From assembly GCA_051362555.1 (NCBI GenBank), contig CM120647.1:2728001-2792000 (forward strand): 64,000 bases of DNA, given 5' to 3'. Shown here in pieces: positions 1 to 12,095 of this stretch. Position 1 is the stretch's first letter. Each line of letters opens with the position of its first letter. The notes under the pieces are model-generated. The model had not been told where the DNA came from and made no database searches. It saw only the letters and a list, made by a program, of their open reading frames with translations. The stretch comes from Lingula anatina (lineage: Eukaryota; Animalia; Brachiopoda). The position numbers and the translations under genes are program-made.

Positions 1-614
1 CTACAATCGACCGAAAAATCAGCGGGATCGACCGTCCAGACTTCTTGGCGCCAAATACCACGCGCTGTCAAAATCTGACAAACACATTTAGCTGTTCACC
101 TACATGGATAACTGATTTGTCAACAATAAAAATGGTGTATTCCTTATCTCCTTGGGAGCTTCCCAGAGAGTCCCACTGGGTATTTTCGTTACCTGTGAGT
201 CACTTTTTATTTCTCCAGATGCATGAAATGTTGATATTATTTAGCATAATCCATGAAGAACTCCATTCCTGTGACCTCCTCCCCCACAATGGGACCGTCT
301 TTATTAACATGTGGTTTGTGCTAGGTATGCTGGAGCAGACCAGATAAGACCAGTCTCTCATTTCTGTGTGTGCTCAATCCTCACGTCAAATTATAAATGC
401 ATTTGTTTTGTGAAAATTATGGCGATTAAATGCTTATTTTACGTTCAGGTTGTATCAGTGGGGTTTTCAATATGCACCGTTATTTTTGTGCACAGGGAGT
501 GTATATAAGTAAGAAAATCGGAAGAGTGCCAACAACATATGTCTATCGGCACAGGTAGACTCCATAGTTTGCCTTTTCTCAATATATTTCAATATGACAT
601 GCTTTTTAAATTAA

Positions 615-951
615 AGGGATAATAACTCTTCGTTTTGGCCAAAAAATGAATTTTCCAGGAGTAAACAACAATTTTTCCATACTTACCATTGGTTAATGAA
701 TCCATTTTTACATTCAAAGTTAGTCCCTGGTTTTTTTCTAAACAGTTTGGTTTTTTGTTAAAATCTCTTAAGAGATTATAACTGAGTACAGCCATTTATG
801 GAGGTCACGTGGTCTGAAGACAAGCTCAGATATCTGAATAATAGCTATAACTGCCGTTTTTGTGGTAAAACAGAATATGTTATATTTCTACGAGTTGTTC
901 ACAATGTTTTTATTGTGAAATATAGATATCATACAAAGAGTTATTATCCCT
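615..951. mobile_element. Kolobok-like MITE
   Basis: TIR AGGGATAATAACTCTT / AAGAGTTATTATCCCT with TTAA on both sides (611-614, 952-955); diverged inverted copy at about 58883-59133. Confidence 0.7.
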
Positions 952-1639
952 TTAAATACTTAAAAGTAATTTTAAGTTACACTGAATTCCGTTTGAGTAC
1001 CAGTTGGTATTCTTTGATAGGGGTGATTGAATTTTCTTCGGAAGTACATACGTCTACGCCTCGACGCCGAGGAAGCCTTGCGAGTTGAAAACAACTGATC
1101 TCAGACTGGTAAAAAAATTTCTATTCGGTTGATTTTAGTTGTCATATTAAAATTCAAATAGGGCATACGTAGATCACATAACTAGTTTAAGTCCACTAAA
1201 GCTGCCGGTTTCAAATATAAGTGACCGGGCATTGTTTACAACACCTGTCTCCGGGGAAATATTTGTCCCACTTGTGAAGCGCATCATGTAAATGATCGTA
1301 GAAGAGGGAAATAAATAGATAGAAATTATAACTGTCGTCTGTTTGAATGTTAAGTAATGTTAGCACATATTGTACACAGCAAAATAAGATTTCAAAAGGA
1401 TGATAAAACGTGCCTGAAAGACGTGTTAGGCGAAAATTGCAGCTTATCTTGTGTAACACTTTGGGTAAAATGTAATACTTCCGTAAGATGGACGTTTTGG
1501 CAGATGCCCCAAACAATCTGACGATATCAAAGGTTTCCATTGCTATATTTTAATCAATTCGACCAAAATGACATTTCCATGAAATTAATTAATCAATCTT
1601 GGTCGAATTGTTTGGCATATTACCGTATTGTGTTATCGG

Positions 1640-1710
1640 TAAAAGTGCACGGCGACAGCAGACACAGGTGACGGCTATATGTACAGACACATCTGTGTCT
1701 GTACATAAAA
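1640..1710 (-). mobile_element. 5' head of Helentron/HINE-like family A
   Basis: Palindrome TATGTACAGACAC-ATCT-GTGTCTGTACATA next to an A-run, same head as at 5240-5332, 5785-5865, 9775-9840 and 17915-17993. Confidence 0.6.
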
Positions 1711-2193
1711 ACTGCTTTGAAAGTTCAAAATCATCAGAAATTGCAGAGTAAGTGAAGGAGATGCTGGACTGAAAAGATAGGAAAAAAGTCTATCTGCAGC
1801 AGTACACTTAGATCCAGTAGAAATGAGAGAGATCATCATCAAAGTGGTGTAAACTTTCTGAACTTGAAGAATGTGACAACTGAATGAGTTATCTAGGTAC
1901 CCACAATCAAGTGAGCTTTCATGGATATTCTGACTGTGTGATCGCATCGCCACATCAAGCTGGAGATGAAAGCAGAGGTAAGCAAGAGCTGAAACCTGAC
2001 AGCGAAGAAAGTGTTTTTATCAAGTTCTGTAGTAAGCTGCAAATGGCTGATAGAATTTAAGTGTAGGAATATAATTTTAAATAACAATAACTTTCAGCTT
2101 AGCTTTGGGCCTGGATGGATCTACAGGACGACAATATGTGCACATACTACCATACCTGAACATATAAATGTTAAGACATTTCTGTTTACTCAC

Positions 2194-2327
2194 CTGATTA
2201 TGCATTTCTGCAGCTGGTGAATAAGATCTTAATGATAATGAAAACTTGAGAAGGCCCAGTTGTAATTTGGAAGGAATAAGTTTTTCTGCTATGGACAGAA
2301 TCATCTCATACACTTCCTTAGGTTCTT
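2194..2327 (-). pseudogene. UGGT: UGGT duplicate exon 4
   Basis: 134 nt, AG/GT intact, EPKEVYEMILSIAEKLIPSKLQLGLLKFSLSLRSYSPAAEMHNQ (V to A vs the intact copy). Confidence 0.88.
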
Positions 2328-4619
2328 CTGAAAGGAAAAAACATGCTCATTAAATAATGCTCATCACTTTTCAACCCCATAGAGACCGTCACCCCATACA
2401 TGCGGTTCAGTTCACTCTTACCCCAAAGACCCAGAACCACATATAGTATGTGTATCATGGAAATATTGTTTTGTTCCTTTTTGAACAGTAAATTTATGAT
2501 CATTACGTTCCTTCAGATATGATTGTTGGCTCTTATTTGAGCTATCTTAGGGAATGTTAAAATGTATGAGAGAAGTCAGAAAAACCCGATTTTATAGATG
2601 TTTCATAAACTAGTGGCAAAATGGGGCAGCTTCTCACCACCTCAAATATAATACTAAATTCCAGATAATTTAAAAAACGTAAATGCTGAATTTTTCTGAG
2701 TACATTGATAACTCACATCACTTCATTCTGGTGAATTCATGTACATCTGGACACCAAAATGACACTCACTCAATGGACCTCAAGGACATGCATGTAGAAT
2801 GCTAGATATCACTTTTCCCTGTACATCCATAAGTTCCATTTTTCATGTAATAATGAGAACAATTCCATTTAACTTATTCCTGCACTGTTGCATACATTTT
2901 GACAGCAGTTATTCAATTTTAAGTAGATTATTCTCTGTCTAAAGGTTAGAATGGTTTAAACAAGGCAGCAAAGCTGTCAAATGTACAGACAAAAAACAGA
3001 AAATAAAGATGCAAAAAAGGTCATTTTGTCAATTTTGATGCAATAATAACCAAACAGACTGCATTGCCTACTGAAGCTGTATTTTAGTTCCATGTTTCTA
3101 TCCTGTCAGTTTGAGAACAGTAAGTGACATGATTTTCCTTAAATGGTCATCATGGAAGCAGTGCCCAAAATGGGGGTTTCTTCAAATTTTGATGCAATAT
3201 TACATAATGTTTAACAGCTTAATGACCATCAATTTTTAATTATAAAATATTTGTATCACAGATATTCAGAAAATGTGACTAGCAAAGGTCTTCAGGCCCA
3301 TGGAACTTCAAAGTCACGCCTTGATAATGCCAAAATGTAAACAAGACAGCACTGTTCTGAAATGGGTTTATTTCCATTTTTAACACTTTTTTAACATAAA
3401 ACAAAATAAACATTTTACTGCCATTTTTATATGTCCAACTAAGAAAATTGATGAGATGGGAAAAGTATCAATAGAACAGTGTTAAATGTCCAATTTCCTC
3501 CATTCTGAGATTCTGAACATAGTGGATGATTGAATCTGACAAACTGCAATGATATGAGTTTATTTCCATTTTTGACACTTTATTACACAATACATGATAA
3601 CAAGTTTACCATGTTTTTTACATAATCAACTAACAATGTTGTAAAGATGCAGGAAATATCAAACAAACACTTTTAGGCATCTTATTAGTTAAATAATGAG
3701 ACTGTTAACATGCCTAATAATTGAATCTGAGGAAATGTGAAAAAACAGTATAACTTCTTAAGTAATGGCCCGATTATGCTTATTTTCGAACTCAACCTGA
3801 GTTTTAGTAAGATTGACCACTCCTGTGAGTATAATTACAATTGGCAAATCCGTTTTTCTTATATTGTGTTATCAGTGTTGCATTTATATTGAAAATAGTG
3901 AAAAAACAGCATAAATTACCTAAAAGTGACCCGATCATGCTGATTTTCAAACTTGACCTGCGTATTATGAATATTCATCAGTTCTGTAAGTTTCAAGTCA
4001 AAAGGTAAAATGGTTTTCCACTTATCGTGTTATCGGTGCTGCATATATGCTGAAAAAAGTGAAACAAGACAGCACTGTTCTGAAATGGGTTTATTTCCAT
4101 TTTTAACACTTTTTTAACATAAAACAAAATAAACATTTTACTGCCATTTTTATATGACCAACTAAGAAAATTGATGAGATGGGAAAACTATCAATAGAAC
4201 AGTGTTAAATGTCCAATTTCCTCCATTCTGAGATTCTGAACATAGTGGATGATTGAATCTGACAAACTGCAATGATATGAGTTTATTTCCATTTTTGACA
4301 CTTTATTACACAATACATGATAACAAGTTTACCATGTTTTTTACATAATCAACTAACAATGTTGTAAAGATGCAGGAAATATCAAACAAACACTTTTAGG
4401 CATCTTATTAGTTAAATAATGAGACTGTTAACATGCCTAATAATTGAATCTGAAGACATGTGAAAAAACAGTATAACTTCTAAAATAATGGCCCGATTAT
4501 GCTGATTTTCGAACTCATCCTGCTTTTTAGTAAGATTGACCACTCCTGTGAGTATAATTACAATTGGCCAATCCGTTTTTCTTATATTGTGTTATCAGTG
4601 TTGCATTTATATTGAAAAT

Positions 4620-5790
4620 AGTGAAAAAACAGCATAAATTCCCTAAAAATGGCCCAATCATGCTGATTTTCAAACTTGACCTGCGTATTATGAATATTCA
4701 TCAGTTCTGTAAGTTTCAAGTCAAAAGGTAAAATGGTTTTCTACTTATCGTGTTATCGGTGCTGCATATATGCTGAAAAAAGTGAAAAAACAGCATAAAT
4801 TCCCTAAAAGTGACCCAATCATGCTGATTTTCGAACTCGACCTGCGTATTTTGAATATTCATCAGTTCTGTAAGTTTCAAGTCAAAAGGTAAAATGGTTT
4901 TCCACTTATAGTGTTATCGGTACTGCATATATGCTGAAAAAAGTGAAAAAACAGCATAAATTCCCTAAAAGTGACCCGATCATGCTGATTTTCGAACTTG
5001 ACCTGCGTATTATGAATATTCATCAGTTCTGTAAGTTTCAAGTCAAAAGGTAAAATGGTTTTCCACTTATCGTGTTATCGGTGCTGCATATATGCTGAAA
5101 AAAGTGAAAAAACAGCATAAATTCCCTAAAAGTGACCCGATCATGCTGATTTTCGAACTTGACCTGCGTATTATGAATATTCATCAGTTCTGCAAGTTTC
5201 AAGTCAAAAGGTAAAATGGTTTTTCACTTATCGTGTTATCGGTAAAAGTGCACGGCGACGACGGCGACGACGGCGACGACAGACGCAGATGATGGCTATA
5301 TGTACAGACACATCTGTGTCTGTACATAAAAACAGCATAAATTCCCTAAAAGTGACCCGATCATGCTGATTTTCGAACTTGACCTGCGTATTATGAATAT
5401 TCATCAGTTCTGTAAGTTTCAAGTTAAAAGGTAAAATGGTTTTCCACTTATCGTGTTATCGGTGCTGCATACATGCTGAAAAAAGTGAAAAAACAGCATA
5501 AATTCCCTAAAAGTGACCCGATCATGCTGATTTTCGAACTTGACCTGCGTATTATGAATATTCATCAGTTCTGTAAGTTTCAAGTCAAAAGGTAAAATGG
5601 TTTTCCACTTATCGTGTTATCGGTGCTGCATATATGCTGAAAAAAGTGAAAAAACAGCATAAATTCCCTAAAAGTGACCCGATCATGCTGATTTTCGAAC
5701 TTGACCTGCGTATTATAAATATTCATCATTTCTGCAAGTTTCAAGTCAAAAGGTAAAATGGTTTTCCACTTATCGTGTTATCGGTAAAAG
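4620..5790. repeat. 161-bp tandem repeat array inside family A
   Basis: CAGCATAAATTCCCTAAAAG recurs at 4791, 4952, 5113 and at 5494, 5655 (period 161); related units at 9490-9760, 17480-17900 and 46620-46920. Confidence 0.9.
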
Positions 5791-5863
5791 TGCACGGCGA
5801 CGACGACGGCGACGACAGATGCAGATGATGGCTATATGTACAGACACATCTGTGTCTGTACAT

Positions 5864-6574
5864 AATAATGCTTATAATAGCACTATCAGTCAACACTGAA
5901 TTTTAATCATGCACAACAGGTAAAATGGTCAATAACATGAGCGGACCCAGAGATATTCTCTGACAGTATTCCAAAGTATCTATTTTGATCCATCCTCCAT
6001 TTTGATGGTCTTCCAACAGAAGAAAAAATAGATACCAGGCAATATAAACTTAATAACCTGACTGTCTTCCGGAAGTCCCAGAAGATGGTCTCAATCTACC
6101 CTTTCAATAAGATTACAGTTTCAGGACCATGAGAGTTCAAATTCACATGATGAAAGTCTCAATATTTGAAAAATGATGACAGTGCATAAAATAATATTAC
6201 ATAAGTAACATAATTTTTAAAGACATAAAAAACAATACAACTGCTTATGTGGAAATACAGAAATGTCAGAGCCTCAGGCGGATGAGAGTTAAAAGTCACA
6301 AATGCAAGTGTTTGAGAAAAAATTATAAAGGAAAACATAACAAAACCAGAAAAGCACTCCGAGAGTGCAGACCTCTGCCAAGGTAGCAATTGTTGATTAT
6401 TATTGATTTTTGTTCTCTTTGGGCCACTTCTGACAGTTCCTGAAAATTTCAGCAAAATCGGTCCATAACTTTTTGAGTTATGTTGATGACAAACAGGGGT
6501 GAAAATATAACCTCCTTGGCAGAGGTAAATATAATTCCAATGAAGCTGCTATTCAAACTTTTAATCTTTCAGTT

Positions 6575-6621
<47 letters not shown>

Positions 6622-7530
6622 TTGTTTGCAATATTAAACAAAATTTACCTGCATAATTATCACTGCTTCCTTATTATTAATCTAGCAGAGAGCTTAACCT
6701 ATGGGAGTTTACAGGGAAATATCAACAAGTGTGCTTTATGTAGCCTATCAATTAGGCAAATTACATTTTATATCTGAAATTAGCGAAGTGATACCCAAGG
6801 GAAATTTATAGACTGACCCTCTCAAAGGTCTTTCAGGCCCATAAGTCACAACTCAAGAAGAGCACAAAACAATAATGCACAAAATAGGAGACTACCACTT
6901 CTGATGCAATAATACATTATGTTTAACTGCACAGTCAACATCAAATTTTAATTTTGCACAACAGGTAACACCAACGAAAGTAAAAGCATAAGGCTTCAGG
7001 CCCATCAGAGTTCAAGTTTATACTTAGAAAGTGCCAGAATGAGAAAAATGAAATTTCACACAAAATTGCATTAAATTCAATAATAAATGATAACCCAATT
7101 GACCTGGCTTTCTAATTTGAACTGCATGCCAATCCTAAAAATCATACTCTTAAGTTAAATATAATAATAAATAACACAGTTTTCTTTTCATAATGTTTGC
7201 AGTAGCAGTGCAAAAAGATTATTGTCAATTTTGATGTAACATTACATAATAAATTATAGAATAATTATCACCAATTTTTGATTATTGACTATAAATAGCA
7301 TGAACATGTAGAAAATTTGATTACCATCCGGCTTCATGTCCATGGGAGCTCCGAGTCCCACAGTGAATATGCCAAAAAGATAATGAATATTTCACTCAAA
7401 TGTATAACTTCCAGAAAAAGAAGCCCATTAGACTGCTTATTCATCTCGGGCTGCATTTTAGTCCTGTGTTTCTTTTTTGAAAGCTTGACAATAATAAGTA
7501 ACACGGTTTTCCCATCATGGTCATCATGGC
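5864..7530. repeat. About 1.65 kb direct repeat of 12445-14100 (family A internal region)
   Basis: Near-identical sequence; duplicated spurious ORFs 6159/12738 and 7317/13887. Confidence 0.85.
6344..6530 (-). mobile_element. Short HINE-like element (family C) nested in family A; second copy at 12923-13109
   Basis: Minus strand reads TTACCTCTGCCAAGGAGG ... CCTTGGCAGAGGT (subTIR), hairpin GCACTC..GAGTGC, then TTTTCT(A/G)GTT. Confidence 0.6.
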
Positions 7531-10500
7531 AGATGTGGATGATTGAATCTGACAAACTGCAATGATAAGAGTTTATTTCCGTTTTGGACACTTGATTACA
7601 CAATACATGATAACAAGCTTACCATCATTTTTACATAATCAACTAACAATGTTGTAAAGATGCAGGAAATATCAAACAAACACTTTTACGTATCTTATTA
7701 GTTCAATAATGAGACTGTTAACATGCCTAAGAATTGAATCTGAGGAAATTTGAAAAAACAGTACAACTTCTAAAATAATGGCCCGATAACGCTGATTTTC
7801 GAAACTCAACCTGCATTTTTGTAAGATTGACCACTCCTGTGAGTATAATGACAATTGGCTAAGCTGTTTTTCTTATATTGTGTTATTAATGTTGCATATA
7901 TGTTGAAAAAAGTGAAAAAACAGCATAAAAAATAAAAGAAAATGTAAAATAAAACATAACAAAAAATACCAATAAAGCTGCTATTCAAACTTTTAATCTA
8001 GCTGTACAATTACTAACATGATATGAATAACCCTATTGAGTTTGAGAATAATAAGGCACTGTTATCCATCTTTAGCATTAATGTAAGCGTTACACAAAAT
8101 TTTTTTTGTAAACTTATTTTCCATATTAAATAACATTTACCTGCATAATAATCATCGATTCCTAATTATGTGACACAGTTAAGAAAGCTAAACCGATGGG
8201 ACTTTACAATGAAATCTCAATGTGTGTTTATGTAATCTCATTAATGCCCACTTGAAAATTAATTAAGCAAATTATTTTATAACCCTGAAATAACTTGAAA
8301 ATCAATTAAGCAAATTATTTTATAACCCTGAATTAACTGCCTACTATCCATATACATTTATTGCACCAAATAGCACTGTACTGCATTGCTTTCAAAACAG
8401 ATAACAATTACGATGGTTTTCCAACACAAGCTGCACTTCAGTCTTTTCAGTAAGGTTGATTATCATAAGTAACATGGTTTTCCCTTAATCGCTATCCTGG
8501 CAGCAGTGTCCAAAATAGGGTTTTCATGCAATATAACATAATACTTAACAACATAATGACCATCAATTTTTTTATAAAAAAATAAAAGTATCATGGATAT
8601 TCAGAAAATGTGATATGGAAAGGTCTCCAAGGACATGGAAGTTAGGGTCACACTTTCAAAATGCCAAAATGTTAACAAGAGATAACTGTACTGAAATGAT
8701 TTTCTTTCCATTTTCAACACCTTTTTTACAAAAACCATAATCAATTAACTGTCATTTTTAAATGATCAACTAGGAAAATTGTTGACATAGGAAAAATATC
8801 AATAGAACAATTTATAATGTCCAATTAGCTCCATTTGGAGATTCTGAACATAGTGAATGATTGAATCTGACGAACTGCCTTTCCATTTTTGATACTTTAT
8901 TACACAATGCACGATAATAGCTTTACCGTCATTTTTATATAATCAACTAAAAATATTGTTAAGAAGCAGAAAATGTTAAAACAACACTTTTACATATCCA
9001 ATTAGTGCCGTAATGAGACTGTTAACATGCTTAAGAATTAAATCTGAAGGAAAACCACTTATATACAAAAAGGCTAATAACTTCATCAAAACTTAACTGA
9101 TCAAGCTTATTTTCAAACTTGATCTGTATACTGGTCAGATTGATCACTCCTGTGAGTTGCAAGACAAAAGGCTGATGGGTTTTCCTTAAAATGCGTTATC
9201 AGTGTTGCATGTATGCTGAATAAAGGGAAAAAAAAAGCATTACTTTTGTAAAAATAGTCCAATCATGCCAATTTTCAAACTTTACCTGCGTATTATAAAT
9301 ATTCACCAGTTCTGTAAATTTCAATCCAAAAGGAAAAACATTTTTACACTTATCATGTTATCGGTGTTATAAAAATGCTGAAAAAATTGAAAAAAAAAAA
9401 AAAAAAAAACAAACAAACAAACAAACAAAAAAAAACAGGATAAGGTAGAATGGTTTTCCACTTATCGTGTTATCGGGGTTGCATATATGCTGAAAAAAGT
9501 GAAAAAACAGCATAAATTCCCTAAAAATGACCCGATCATGCCGATTTTCGAACTTGACCTGCGTATTATGAATATTCATCAGTTCTGTAACTTTCAAGCC
9601 AAAAGGTAAAATGGTTTTTCACTTATCGTGTTATCGGTGCTGCATATATGCTGAAAAAAGTGAAAAAACAGCATAAATTCCCTAAAATTGACCCGATCAT
9701 GCTGATTTTCGAACTTGACCTGCGTATTATGAATATTCATCAGTTCTGTAGGTTTCATACCAGTTTTCCATTTATCGACGGCGACGACAGACGCAGATGA
9801 TGGCTATATGTACAGACACATCTGTGTCTGTACATAAAAACAATAAAAATAAAATTGCTAAGAGAGTTACTTGCAGAATTGCAAAATTAGACTGATTTTC
9901 AAATTCAAGTTGTATTTTTGTCCTATGTTTCTTTTCTGTTAGTTGAGAAAAGTTAATGACATGGTTTTCATTAAATGGTTTAAAGTTTAAAGCCAAAAGG
10001 TGAACCGGTTTTCCACTTATGGGGCTGCCAAAATGAAAAATTCCCACGCAGGTGACTTCGTCTGTACATAAATACAGGGCGCTTTTTAAAATTTCCCACC
10101 TTTAATAATTATGTAGAGGATGTATTACAGACATCTCGCTGTGTACAGATTTCTCTTTCAGAACTTATCATGGAGCAGTTGGGCCCCTGGGCCCATGGTA
10201 TGTAGGTACACATTTCACAATCTGTTACGCTCCGCTCTTTTACTCCTTTTCATAAAATTGTTAGGGTGACTCCCGTTAACGCCCAACATAAATACATAAT
10301 TATTAAACATAGCAAATAATTTTACTTTTCAAATATATTGAATTTATAAAAAGGTCAAACAGCATTCCAGTGACTGGGAATATCATGCAATGCAGATAGC
10401 AACTGCTGATTGATCACTGATGAGGGTCACTCACTGATCCTTAAACTGAAGTATATTCTTGGCAATTCATAAAACAATCTTTTTAATAGCATGTAGTTCA

Positions 10501-10615
10501 TTCTTTGAAGTATATGTAGTTCATTAAAATAGGCAATTAAACCAGTAGACACCACCGCGTATAAAAGATTAGATGCAAAATGAAATCACATCATTCAGAT
10601 AAACTGTATACTTAC

Positions 10616-10701
10616 TATCTTGCATGTCAGCAGTGTTGGCCTCTGCCACAGTATCCACAAAAGCCCACAGCATGGCATTACTCTCCTTGGCCAGAAACTC
10701 G
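10616..10701 (-). pseudogene. UGGT: UGGT duplicate exon 3
   Basis: 86 nt, AG/GT intact, EFLAKESNAMLWAFVDTVAEANTADMQD (F to L vs the intact copy). Confidence 0.88.
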
Positions 10702-10789
10702 CTGAAATGATATAGTCATTTTCATTTAGCTTATGCAGGTTGTGAAAATTTAGTAGATAATAAAAGCCTCATGTTCAGATTTTAATTGT

Positions 10790-10791
<2 letters not shown>

Positions 10792-10844
<53 letters not shown>
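10792..10844. repeat. (AT)n microsatellite
   Basis: About 26 units, against about 6 at the paralogous site near 37396; other AT tracts at about 6577, 36028, 48704 and 61467. Confidence 0.95.
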
Positions 10845-10845
<1 letters not shown>

Positions 10846-11968
10846 CTTCATAGTAAAACTAAGTCAACCCAAAACCTTCAGACTATCTTTCACTATGAGC
10901 TAACTTTAAGTGACTGTCTTTGCTTATAAGACCTCAGGCACATGCTCACAGGACCCATACCAAAATAAGATCATCTGTTTAAGGCCCCACTATGCTATGC
11001 AGTTACCAAGGGCCAATTTTCAATATTCCTTAAAACTTATATAAATAAACAAGTTATTGAGACATACTTTAGTGATAAAGGTAGGGGTTGCTATGTAAAG
11101 TCAACATTGATGATGTGATGCAATTATCTTTTTCATAATCTCAGATGTTAGTTGGGGTTATATAAAGAAACATTTGCTTTTTTTAAACAAAGTGCTTTCA
11201 CATATAAAATCCTTTTTTTTTTGAAAGCTTTGCTTTTGTATCCCTTCAATACACACATCGACTTTCAGAGACCATTCTTAAGTCCTCAACTTCCGGTGTT
11301 AACATCGATCCCGTTCTCACTAGGAAATTTTATATCGCGATTTAAGTTTACATCGATAGAATCCACCTCTCGAGTAGGATTAATTTGAATCGCGATTTGG
11401 CGTCTCTACTGCGTTCACACTAGAAACTTTACATCAATAGAATCGCGATTTGGCACTAATCGCGATTGAAAGTGTCTCGTTTGAATGGGGTTATAAAATA
11501 CTTGGGTAAAGTCAGGAAAGCTTTGTGGTCTATGACTCTGTTCATGTTGCTGTGTGAGGGGGCATGCCAGACAAATTAAGCTGATTAAATTGACTGTACC
11601 TAAGCAAAATTCCCACTGAGATAGATCAATCCAGCTAGTATGATAACTTCAATTCTGAACAAGGCCTATGACAGAAATATATTAGAACTAGCAAGTGTTC
11701 TATATCTAACAAATATTCAGACATAGGAAAAATTTTGAGAACTGAAGGTCCAGATGACCTGTGCTACAAAAGATCTGCAGTTGCTCCCAATTCTGTGCTG
11801 GTCAAACTAAGTATCTTATTTCTGTTAGACTATGTTTAGCCTCTGGCATATCTGCAAGTGGGGATGACCTGTCAGACAATGATTTTCCCCATGTCTTTAT
11901 AATTTATTATTGGTTCTTATAAATGCAGTCCATGAACTCATTGCCAAGCATGGTCATTCAGGCTATAC

Positions 11969-12095
11969 CTAGTTTCTAGCATCAGTGGTGTCGACTCCCA
12001 TTTGGCATCTAGTGACACAGAGACAAATTTGGACTTGACAAATCTACTTCACTGCAGGCATGCAGCACCAAGATAACTAACAAAACAAGCCCTGC
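11969..12095 (-). pseudogene. UGGT: UGGT duplicate exon 2 with +2 frameshift
   Basis: 127 nt vs 125 nt; GTAGATTTGTCAAGTCC vs GTAGATGCCAAGTCC gives ...SEVDLSSPNLSLCH* with stop at 12011-12009. Confidence 0.88.

Larger units (their letters stand above)
2958..9840 (-). mobile_element. Composite Helentron/HINE-like family A insertion with internal tandem repeats
   Basis: On the minus strand the 5' head is TTTTTATGTACAGACAC.. followed by CGT-rich microsatellite. The 3' end at about 2960-2995 has subTIR TGTCTGTACAT, hairpin GACAGC-TTT-GCTGCC, then TTGT. Contains three heads, a 723-bp tandem duplication (3341/4064) and 161-bp repeats; absent from the matching right-arm position. Confidence 0.65.

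Noticed and set aside
45-1540. Short ORFs at the window start
   Set aside because: No recognisable domains; some overlap a MITE
1711-2107. Possible exon 5 or new terminal exon of the duplicate, or a plus-strand coding fragment
   Set aside because: No similarity to exon 5; plus-strand frames have repeated stops; no recognisable motif
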